From NCBI GenBank assembly GCA_002269645.1, contig NIVC01000126.1, positions 682,001 to 746,000 of the forward strand: a stretch of 64,000 nucleotides of DNA, given 5' to 3'. Every line of letters begins with the position of its first letter. Within the stretch, counting starts at the first letter, position 1. This document shows positions 38,001 to 47,803 of the stretch, in pieces. Origin of the DNA: Macrostomum lignano (Eukaryota). The notes below the pieces were generated by a model. It worked only from the letters and a program-made list of their open reading frames with translations, searched no databases and was not told the origin of the DNA. Both the position numbers and the translations under genes were made by a program.

Positions 38001-40351
38001 AGGCCACGCCAATTGTAAAGACAAGCAGCCAGCACTGAATGTCTATGGCTCTGTCTGATTCTGTCTATGCTAGTCTGGCCTCATGAGACGTAACTCGCTT
38101 CCACTCCAGGTTGCTTCTTATAGAGCTCCTTGGCTCTGCTGACCATCCGGCAGCTTAAAGTTAATGATAACAGCACTTAACTGCTGCATATTATAGGCAT
38201 AACCTAGCAGCCAACGTTAAAAAATAAGGTATAATATGTTTCATCCTCCGTTGCAGAAATTTACTCCTGTACTGCACCGGTACAGCTGGCTATAGTACAT
38301 CATAATTTTTGCTTAACCGAATTATGCGCTCTAAAGCTCATTTTCATGACAACAGACATTTTGATGACCCTGCTGCTCTTTACAGGGCGTTGTTTTCAAT
38401 ATAGTATGTGTTAAATTAATTAACACTTAACCTTTTGTCCCTTGTATGCGTCCTTAGTATTCAATAATAATGCTTCTTGTTATATCCCTAAAATTCAGCC
38501 TTCTAAAATTAATTTCATCACTTAAGTCAAAGGGCTTGGAGACTCGTCTCAAAATTACTCGTTTCAAAATAGTGGGTCTCTTTATTTCCTTAATAAGACT
38601 AAATTCAAGATATTCATCTTGCACGTGACTTGGCGTTGGTTGCAACTGCCAAAAATAATCGTAAATTAAATAAATTTCCTAAAAGCAGAACCATTTCTTC
38701 TATCTAGTCGCAGCATATCTGAATCATATGGAATCCAGTCGGGGTAAATTGTCAGACGAAATGATTAATCCTTACATTATACATGCTTCGCATGACAGTG
38801 CTATGCATGCAGAAAGTTTTTGTCTAAATAAAAAGCAGGAGTAATATTTGCTGTTGAATGATGCATGACTTATCCAGACTATTTAATTTGTAGATGTGAA
38901 GATGAGATATGAACGGGGTAAATGTAAAGCATACCATGCAATCATTAGTCTTCGTAAACTTGGATGCATTTCTCTCTCTCTCCCCTTTATTGGTTATTAA
39001 GTTGCTTTCTGACACTAGCTCTATTTACAACGTCTTTCCCTTTTAGACTTAATTATGCGAAGTCGATGGTCCATAACTTCTTAAGTGGGCTTCCATCGAG
39101 CTGCAAAGCCATCATCAGCTACGATGTGGCTTGTAAGCTATCGAGCCACTTTCACCAAGACGAGCGACTTCGGTTTGCTGTGCCTGCATTTCACGCCTAC
39201 GGTCACACAGCTGCCTGCCAATTGAAGTCCGGGATCCGCGCCACCGAAGGTGCCGGGTTAACTGATGGCGAGGCTGTTGAACGATTCTGGTCAGAGTTGC
39301 GCCCGATAACGAAGCAAACTAAAGAGATGACGAAGAGAAATCGCCAGGACTTCCTGAACTTTGTCTGCAGTAGCCGTAACTTAGCTCTTGTATTCAAAAT
39401 TGGTAAGCAAGTCGCAACTTCCCTGCAATCTCTGCATTTCTATGTCGGTAATTTAGTATTTTATTGAAAAAAAATTATTTCGTTCTAGGACTCTGGCTGA
39501 TAGAGCGTCAACGGCTCCAAGCGAAGACTCTGCGCTACCTAGAAGGCGCGTCTGGCGATGCGACCAAAATAGGTATTTTCATTTTTTCTTTTGCTTCCTA
39601 TTTTTCCTTTTGCTGCTCCCCTTTTTAAGAAGCAGCGATTCGTCTCGCCTTTTTTGGTTAGTTTTTTATTGTCAGCTATGTGCATTTAAGTGACTGATGA
39701 AACCCTTGCATTTTCTATGTAGATGACGAAGCCGAGCGTATTCTCGAAATATACGAAGCAAACCAAGCTGCATCCCGGCAACGAACACGCGATAAGGAGG
39801 CGACGATAAAATTTTTGCACGTGCAAGCTTGCGATCGAGAGTTTCTCTCGCGCTATCTGCTAACCTCGAGGGGACAAAAAATGGCAGCTCATCTGAGAAA
39901 TGTAATTAACAAAAGCTTGGCCAGCAGCAAGACACATGTAAAAAACTACAACCAGGACCATCTCGAAGCACCACTCGACTTTGAAAGCGTTAGGTACCCG
40001 AGTTCGTCTGCTTTTAACGAGCTGCCTTCGGATGTATGCCACGCGATCCAGGCCATTAAACACCGTAATCTCCAACAGAGGCTTCAAGAGGAAGAAGATC
40101 TTTGCTCCGAAGAAGTTCGACGAGTGACGAAGTGGATGGAGTGGTGGCTTAATTTCGAGAGGTTCGACAATTTCGAAAGCTGCCTACGATCTGTAGACGA
40201 AGCTCGGCGACATACTTTAAGGCAACTTTTAAAGCAGCATGGATGCTTGTTTCCGTCAGAAGCGCCCGTAATCGATCGGATTCTTGCCGATTTCCCTAGC
40301 ATGAATTCTGATCATGACAAATCGGAGACCGAAAGCACGAATTCGGATTAA
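29011..40351 (+). CDS. CxC cysteine-cluster + KDZ (Kyakuja-Dileera-Zisupton) transposase, intact 9-exon gene, ~742 aa; exons 29011-29155, 32378-32664, 34211-34307, 34546-34769, 35366-35473, 36579-36877, 39047-39402, 39489-39572, 39723-40351
   Basis: All 8 introns are GT-AG with matching phases (1,0,1,0,0,2,1,1); 2229 nt with no internal stop. Motifs: CILC..YRCLQC..VCLPC..H..SPPHLVQRWNG, CSC..LLRNGFWP, CPAC, LLDACF, GICRHG..GEK..YA, YDVAC, VPAFHAYGH..CQ, GAGLTDGEAVERFWS..KEM..R.DFL. Exon 1 is inferred from phase and splice signals only. Confidence 0.88.
29517..30600 (+). repeat. 14-bp-unit array (CTTTGCTTGCCGAG/A), left arm of an inverted pair
   Basis: Direct reading; lies in KDZ intron 1. 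Confidence 0.93.
31005..31810 (-). repeat. 14-bp-unit array (TTCGGCAAGCAAAA with variants), inverted relative to 29517-30600
   Basis: Reverse complement shares the TTTGCTTGCCGAA core. Confidence 0.92.
32683..34155. repeat. 19-bp minisatellite (TATTGTGATAGGATTGAAC), ~77 copies, KDZ intron 2
   Basis: Near-perfect tandem array. Confidence 0.97.
35539..36065. mobile_element. TIR-bounded non-autonomous element (~58-bp inverted repeats), KDZ intron 5
   Basis: 35539-35597 is the near-exact reverse complement of 36008-36065; no TSD identified. Confidence 0.6.
36174..36538 (+). mobile_element. tRNA-derived SINE (family A) with A-rich tail and 11-bp TSD
   Basis: A-box-like TAGCCCAGCGGTAG and B-box-like GGCTCGATTCC; tail AATAAAAAAAAATAATAA; ATGCATACGTT repeated at 36162-36172 and 36539-36549; second copy at 61493-61848. 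Confidence 0.9.
37949..38133. repeat. Imperfect inverted repeat / hairpin (~58-bp arms, ~70-bp loop)
   Basis: 37949-38006 versus reverse complement of 38076-38133; core CCTGGAGTGGAAGCGAGTT is identical. Confidence 0.75.
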
Positions 40352-40683
40352 AGCAATTATAACTAGCCAGAGTCGCCACTCTACTTTTTAATTTAATGTC
40401 GTTTAGTTTAGAGTTCCGTATCTTAAATTTCGAATTAAAAAGACGACTTTATTATTTGAATTTATTACCAACTTTACTGGCAAGAAATAAATTAAGTGTA
40501 AAATAAATTGTCCAATAGATTGAAATTTACAAGGATATGTACCCATGCAGCATTGTTAAGTGCTAGGGAACATTTAATCAAGACGCTGATAATATTTTAT
40601 GCCATTCTTTGTTGTGGCTTTTTAACTTAGTATTAACCAGTCCAAAAAGACATTTGCAAAGCAGTAGCAATTTGACTCTTTTA

Positions 40684-41652
40684 CTTCGGGTGTGTCATAA
40701 GTAATGTCACTGATGTGAAAACAAACGAACTTGCAATCGCAGATGAACAAAACTGTATTACTCAAAAACATAGAGTCCCCCAATATCAATCACCTTCTGG
40801 CAGTGCTCATACAGCTTGTCCACCTCAGCCTGCAGGTGTTTTTCCTCCAACTGCCATAACCAGTGCAACGCGGCCTGTTTTACCTCTTCATGGTTTGCGA
40901 AACTCTTCTTGGAAAAGTCAGCCTTCAGCCATTTGAACAGGAATCTCTTGCAAAAGTTGAAGTCTGGGCTCTAGGTACTGTCAGAGCATATTCACTCGCC
41001 GTGCAGGCAGAAAATTCGAAACAGCCTTCAGGTGTGCAGCCGTGCGGTGTCCATCTGCCACAGAACCTCGTCCAGGTGACATGGATTTGACCGGAGAGTG
41101 CACCAGAGGTCCCCAGTGTGCCGGAAAAAGTCGATAAAGTACTGGCCATTGACCTTGGTGTTCGGTGGAGTTGTGCAGATGGAGACTCGTTTGTTTGGCG
41201 TGAAGGCTACCAGCAGCATGGTCTTCTTGTCCAAGATGGACTTCCTAGTCACCATCGGCCTGGAGTCCCCAGCTCCCAGCCAGCAGCGATTATCTGCCTT
41301 GCTGCCCTTGCCATCCAGGTGGAGCCAGCTTTCATCCTCAGCAACCAGGCAGTTTAGGATGTCATTCAAGCCCCGGCTGCTGAACACCTTGCGAATCTGC
41401 TTGGTGCAGGCGTCTTGTCGAGATTCATGGTGATTTTTGTTCGCTGCATGGACGATTTTTCATCGCGTTGCACTTGTTAAATCTGCTTGGCGTATTCTTG
41501 CGATAGCTTGGGCCATAAACAACCTATGCACGTCTCAAATGCACTGCTATTGCTTCACTAAGTATACTTTGCAGCTACACTACCCACAAGTCCATGTGCC
41601 TACATATTTTAGACAGAGGCCTGCAGTGACATTACTTATGACACACCCGAAG
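40684..41652 (-). mobile_element. Internally deleted mariner, 969 bp, same family as 27889-28686
   Basis: Same TIRs and TA flanks. Minus-strand remnant ILNCLVAEDESW..KKTMLLVAF..VNGQYF..WQMDTARLH..SPDF..RFLF, with stops and frameshifts. Confidence 0.92.
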
Positions 41653-42814
41653 TACTCAATTATAAGTTTTCGTACAGTGCAATTTTAACCAAAATATGTA
41701 AAAACATGTATTCTTTGTTCATACTTTCTTATATGTACGAGTTGTTGTATACGTAAAAGTTGTTTTTTCTGTAACAAAAAATGCTATATTATATTATTGA
41801 AGCTAACCAATCCGCCATAGTCCAGAAAGTGAAACTGGGTAAAAATTACGCCAACTGTCTTTTTTACAGGGCATTTATTTAGAACTAGTAGTGAATATGC
41901 TGCTGCAGACAATACTCATTTTTAGCTTTTGCTTTACAGCATGAGTACTTTCAAGCAAACTGTTACAACTTTGTGAACGTTTGAATGCATTTTTATAACT
42001 GCTTTAGCACCTGGATAGCTTCCATTGTGAATATTTTCATTAGCGACGTGATTTTCTACTGCATTACAATCCAATTTTGTGGTAATGCTTATTGACCCCA
42101 GTTAAATATTCATAGAAGGCCATGTAATTAGGTAAACAAGCAGTCCCTCTCTATATATAACGCGATTATGTTTACAAAGCTAACGTTTAACTGTCCTATC
42201 CACCTTACATTATACTACATTTTAATAACGCAGGAGTCTTTTACATATCTCTTCGTATACGATAAAAAGATACAGATTGCTATTTATTAAAGAGAATTCT
42301 ACTTTGAACACAAAGGAAATGTGTTTTCTGATCAGATCTCTGTTTGAGGTCCTAGGCTGGTCTTTAAGGACTAATACCGCACTGTCTGCGGTTACAGGAA
42401 AAATTTCTACTATATTAAAGAGTTTGTCTCCAAAAACTTACCTAAGCTGCTAATACGGTCTTTGTAAGTCAACTTGCATTCTCCCAGGTAACAATCGTAA
42501 CAATATGTAACATTACGTAACAATAACGATAACTCTGTATCGTAACAATATGTAGCATCCATTAGTCTTCAATATAAATATATAATATAATATCAATATC
42601 AATATAAAATAAACTTATTGTGCTCCGAAGTAGGCATTCAATCAGAGTGCCGCAACTGTGCAGAAAACTAATGCATTTTAATAACTGCAGTGACGCTCTT
42701 TAACATTTTGGATTATTTTTCTTATTATGGTATAGGGAAAAAAGCGGAAAGTGAATTTTCACCAAATTTCATGACCGGGGAAGAAGATAATTCGCTAGTC
42801 TTCACGTGGGAGAT

Positions 42815-43540
42815 TTGCCAACTGTTACACGGGGGCATGGGGAGAGATGAATATTCGCCAACTGTTACACGGGGGCATGGGGAGAGATGAATATTCGCCA
42901 ACTGTTACACGGGGGCATGGGAGAGATGAATATTCGCCAACTGTTACACGGGGGCATGGGGAGAGATGAATATTCGCCAACTGTTACACGGGGCATGGGG
43001 AGAGATGAATATTCGCCAACTGTTACACGGGGGCATGGGAGAGATGAATATTCGCCAACTGTTACACGGGGGCATGGGGAGAGATGAATATTCGCCAACT
43101 GTTACACGGGGGCATGGGGAGAGATGAATATTCGCCAACTGTTACACGGGGGCATGGGGAGAGATGAATATTCGCCAACTGTTACACGGGGGCATGGGGA
43201 GAGATGAATATTCGCCAACTGTTACACGGGGGCATGGGGAGAGATGAATATTCGCCAACTGTTACACGGGGGCATGGGGAGAGATGAATAATCGCCTAAT
43301 GTTACACGGGGGCATGGGGAGAGATGAATATTCGCCAACTGTTACACGGGGGCATGGGGAGAGATGAATAATCGCCTAATGTTACACGGGGGCATGGGGA
43401 GAGATGAATATTCGCCAACTGTTACACGGGGGCATGGGGAGAGATGAATAATCGCCAACTGTTACACGGGGGGCATGGGGAGGGATGAATAATCGCCTAA
43501 TGTTTTTACAAAGGGGGATGGGGCCGAGAGATGAAATTCG
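42815..43540 (+). repeat. 40-bp minisatellite (AACTGTTACACGGGGGCATGGGGAGAGATGAATATTCGCC), ~17 copies
   Basis: Direct reading. Confidence 0.95.
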
Positions 43541-44649
43541 CCAAATGTCATTTTTTATACTCGTACATTGTCGTTTCTTGACCCGGACATCACAATCCGG
43601 ATATCACAAGGCAAACTTTGCAAGCAACTTCAACCTGCTTCTGACTTCCAGGGGGATACTGGAAGTACCCCGGAGAACGTAAAGCAGCTTGATATCCGGA
43701 CCGGATGCTTGCAATATCCGGGGGGGGGGAGATCAGAAATTACTTATACTATCTGGGCGGACAGCATGCAAGACATCCGAAGGTAGAATTTACGTGCATG
43801 TTACACTACAAGTAATTACATATACATGTTTGAGCTTACCGTGTGGAATGTACCTACCTACATACGAATTTATAAAACATATTACTTTTAGGGCTCTTTC
43901 CAATATACATGTACGCATCCAATTAAAAATAAGAAATTAACACTGGGAAGAGGGTGTGACGAATATTAATTAGGACATTAATTTGTCTAGACGGATTGAA
44001 CTATACCGACGTGTGCGTCCTATAAGCTGCTGTACATGGAGGCCTGGTGTTATTGTTAAGTATGGTAGGTCCCTGAGTGTATAGCAATTGTAGCATTAGC
44101 ATAGTATAGCATTGGTGCACACTGCCCACCCCACCAGAAATAAACAAACAAGCGAAGTTAGGCTGCGAATGAGCACGAAGGGGCCAGAGGGAAACCAGCA
44201 AGCTGACCTGTTTATTCGTCAGGCAATATTCTACGAATCTTAATAGCTCGTAGTAAATTTAAAAAAAAGGTAAATAAAAGCAACACGAACGAGAGAAAAA
44301 TTTCAACCAGGGCAGTGAGATAACTGCCCCGAAACACGACATAACCCCCCCCCCCGGCCCCCAACCCCACAAGGAGGAGGGGTGAGTGCCGGCGGGGGAG
44401 ATGCAAACATACTGGTATGCAAGGGGGGTGGGCAGCGTTCACAAACGCTGGTTAGCGCCGTAGCACAAACCAATCACCCCACCAGAAAAAAACAGGGAAA
44501 GGCTGCGAAAGAGCACGAAGGGGCCAAAGGGAAACCGGCAAGCTGACCTGTCTATGTTGACTCTGAACCTAGTTGACTCAGCCAACACCAAAAAAGCCGA
44601 AGTACAGCAAAAGCAGCAAGAGCGTAACAAGCACAACAACGAATATTTA

Positions 44650-45520
44650 TCTTCCGCCATCCCCCTTTGTAACATTGGCGAATATTCATCTCTCCCCATG
44701 CCCCCCGTGTAACAGTTGGCGAATATTCATCTCTCCCCATGCCCCCGTGTAACAGTTGGCGAATATTCATCTCTCCCCATGCCCCCGTGTAACAGTTGGC
44801 GAATATTCATCTCTCCCCATGCCCCCGTGTAACAGTTGGCGAATATTCATCTCTCCCCATGCCCCCGTGTAACATTAGGCGATTATTCATCTCTCCCCAT
44901 GCCCCCGTGTAACAGTTGGCGAATATTCATCTCTCCCCATGCCCCCGTGTAACAGTTGGCGAATATTCATCTCTCCCCATGCCCCCGTGTAACAGTTGGC
45001 GAATATTCATCTCTCCCATGCCCCCGTGTAACAGTTGGCGAATATTCATCTCTCCCCATGCCCCCGTGTAACAGTTGGCGAATATTCATCTCTCCCCATG
45101 CCCCCGTGTAACAGTTGGCGAATATTCATCTCTCCCCATGCCCCCGTGTAACAGTTGGCGAATATTCATCTCTCCCCATGCCCCCGTGTAACAGTTGGCG
45201 AATATTCATCTCTCCCCATGCCCCGTGTAACAGTTGGCGAATATTCATCTCTCCCCATGCCCCCGTGTAACAGTTGGCGAATATTCATCTCTCCCCATGC
45301 CCCCGTGTAACAGTTGGCGAATATTCATCTCTCCCATGCCCCCGTGTAACAGTTGGCGAATATTCATCTCTCCCCATGCCCCCGTGTAACAGTTGGCGAA
45401 TATTCATCTCTCCCATGCCCCCCGTGTAACAGTTGGCGAATATTCATCTCTCCCCATGCCCCCGTGTAACAGTTGGCGAATATTCATCTCTCCCCATGCC
45501 CCCCGTGTAACAGTTGGCAA
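44650..45520 (-). repeat. Same 40-bp minisatellite, inverted, ~21 copies
   Basis: Direct reading. Confidence 0.95.
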
Positions 45521-46682
45521 ATCTCCCACGTGAAGACTAGCGAATTATCTTCTTCCCCGGTCATGAAATTTGGTGAAAATTCACTTTCCGCTTTTTTCCC
45601 TATACCATAATAAGAAAAATAATCCAAAATGTTAAAGAGCGTCACTGCAGTTATTAAAATGCATTAGTTTTCTGCACAGTTGCGGCACTCTGATTGAATG
45701 CCTACTTCGGAGCACAATAAGTTTATTTTATATTGATATTGATATTATATTATATATTTATATTGAAGACTAATGGATGCTACATATTGTTACGATACAG
45801 AGTTATCGTTATTGTTACGTAATGTTACATATTGTTACGATTGTTACCTGGGAGAATGCAAGTTGACTTACAAAGACCGTATTAGCAGCTTAGGTAAGTT
45901 TTTGGAGACAAACTCTTTAATATAGTAGAAATTTTTCCTGTAACCGCAGACAGTGCGGTATTAGTCCTTAAAGACCAGCCTAGGACCTCAAACAGAGATC
46001 TGATCAGAAAACACATTTCCTTTGTGTTCAAAGTAGAATTCTCTTTAATAAATAGCAATCTGTATCTTTTTATCGTATACGAAGAGATATGTAAAAGACT
46101 CCTGCGTTATTAAAATGTAGTATAATGTAAGGTGGATAGGACAGTTAAACGTTAGCTTTGTAAACATAATCGCGTTATATATAGAGAGGGACTGCTTGTT
46201 TACCTAATTACATGGCCTTCTATGAATATTTAACTGGGGTCAATAAGCATTACCACAAAATTGGATTGTAATGCAGTAGAAAATCACGTCGCTAATGAAA
46301 ATATTCACAATGGAAGCTATCCAGGTGCTAAAGCAGTTATAAAAATGCATTCAAACGTTCACAAAGTTGTAACAGTTTGCTTGAAAGTACTCATGCTGTA
46401 AAGCAAAAGCTAAAAATGAGTATTGTCTGCAGCAGCATATTCACTACTAGTTCTAAATAAATGCCCTGTAAAAAAGACAGTTGGCGTAATTTTTACCCAG
46501 TTTCACTTTCTGGACTATGGCGGATTGGTTAGCTTCAATAATATAATATAGCATTTTTTGTTACAGAAAAAACAACTTTTACGTATACAACAACTCGTAC
46601 ATATAAGAAAGTATGAACAAAGAATACATGTTTTTACATATTTTGGTTAAAATTGCACTGTACGAAAACTTATAATTGAGTA

Positions 46683-47259
46683 CTTCGGGTGTGTCATAAG
46701 TAATGTCACTGCAGGCCTCTGTCTAAAATATGTAGGCACATGGACTTGTGGGTAGTGTAGCTGCAAAGTATACTTAGTGAAGCAATAGCAGTGCATTTGA
46801 GACGTGCATAGGTTGTTTATGGCCCAAGCTATCGCAAGAATACGCCAAGCAGATTTAACAAGTGCAACGCGATGAAAAATCGTCCATGCAGCGAACAAAA
46901 ATCACCATGAATCTCGACAAGACGCCTGCACCAAGCAGATTCGCAAGGTGTTCAGCAGCCGCGGGCTTGAATGACATCCTAAACTGCCTGGTTGCTGAGG
47001 ATGAAAGCTGGCTCCACCTGGATGGCAAGGGCAGCAAGGCAGATAATCGCTGCTGGCTGGGAGCTGGGGACTCCAGGCCGATGGTGACTAGGAAGTCCAT
47101 CTTGGACAAGAAGACCATGCTGCTGGTAGCCTTCACGCCAAACAAACGAGTCTCCATCTGCACAACTCCACCGAACACCAAGGTCAATGGCCAGTACTTT
47201 ATCGACTTTTTCCGGCACACTGGGGACCTCTGGTGCACTCTCCGGTCAAATCCATGTCA
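46683..47259 (+). mobile_element. Inverted duplicate of the mariner at 40684-41652, cut by the gap
   Basis: Reverse complement of 41077-41652 with one visible 1-nt indel (CCCGCGG versus CCCCGG). Confidence 0.92.
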
Positions 47260-47803
47260 NNNNNNNNNNNNNNNNNNNNNNNNNNNNNNNNNNNNNNNNN
47301 NNNNNNNNNNNNNNNNNNNNNNNNNNNNNNNNNNNNNNNNNNNNNNNNNNNNNNNNNNNNNNNNNNNNNNNNNNNNNNNNNNNNNNNNNNNNNNNNNNNN
47401 NNNNNNNNNNNNNNNNNNNNNNNNNNNNNNNNNNNNNNNNNNNNNNNNNNNNNNNNNNNNNNNNNNNNNNNNNNNNNNNNNNNNNNNNNNNNNNNNNNNN
47501 NNNNNNNNNNNNNNNNNNNNNNNNNNNNNNNNNNNNNNNNNNNNNNNNNNNNNNNNNNNNNNNNNNNNNNNNNNNNNNNNNNNNNNNNNNNNNNNNNNNN
47601 NNNNNNNNNNNNNNNNNNNNNNNNNNNNNNNNNNNNNNNNNNNNNNNNNNNNNNNNNNNNNNNNNNNNNNNNNNNNNNNNNNNNNNNNNNNNNNNNNNNN
47701 NNNNNNNNNNNNNNNNNNNNNNNNNNNNNNNNNNNNNNNNNNNNNNNNNNNNNNNNNNNNNNNNNNNNNNNNNNNNNNNNNNNNNNNNNNNNNNNNNNNN
47801 NNN
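47260..47803. other. Assembly gap, 544 N
   Basis: N run. Confidence 1.

Larger units (their letters stand above)
41077..47259. repeat. ~6.2-kb palindrome: arms 41077-~43540 and ~44650-47259, ~1.1-kb spacer
   Basis: Sampled landmarks map with constant coordinate sum ~88335 (41654/46681, 42811/45524, 41077/47259). The right arm runs into the N gap. Confidence 0.93.
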
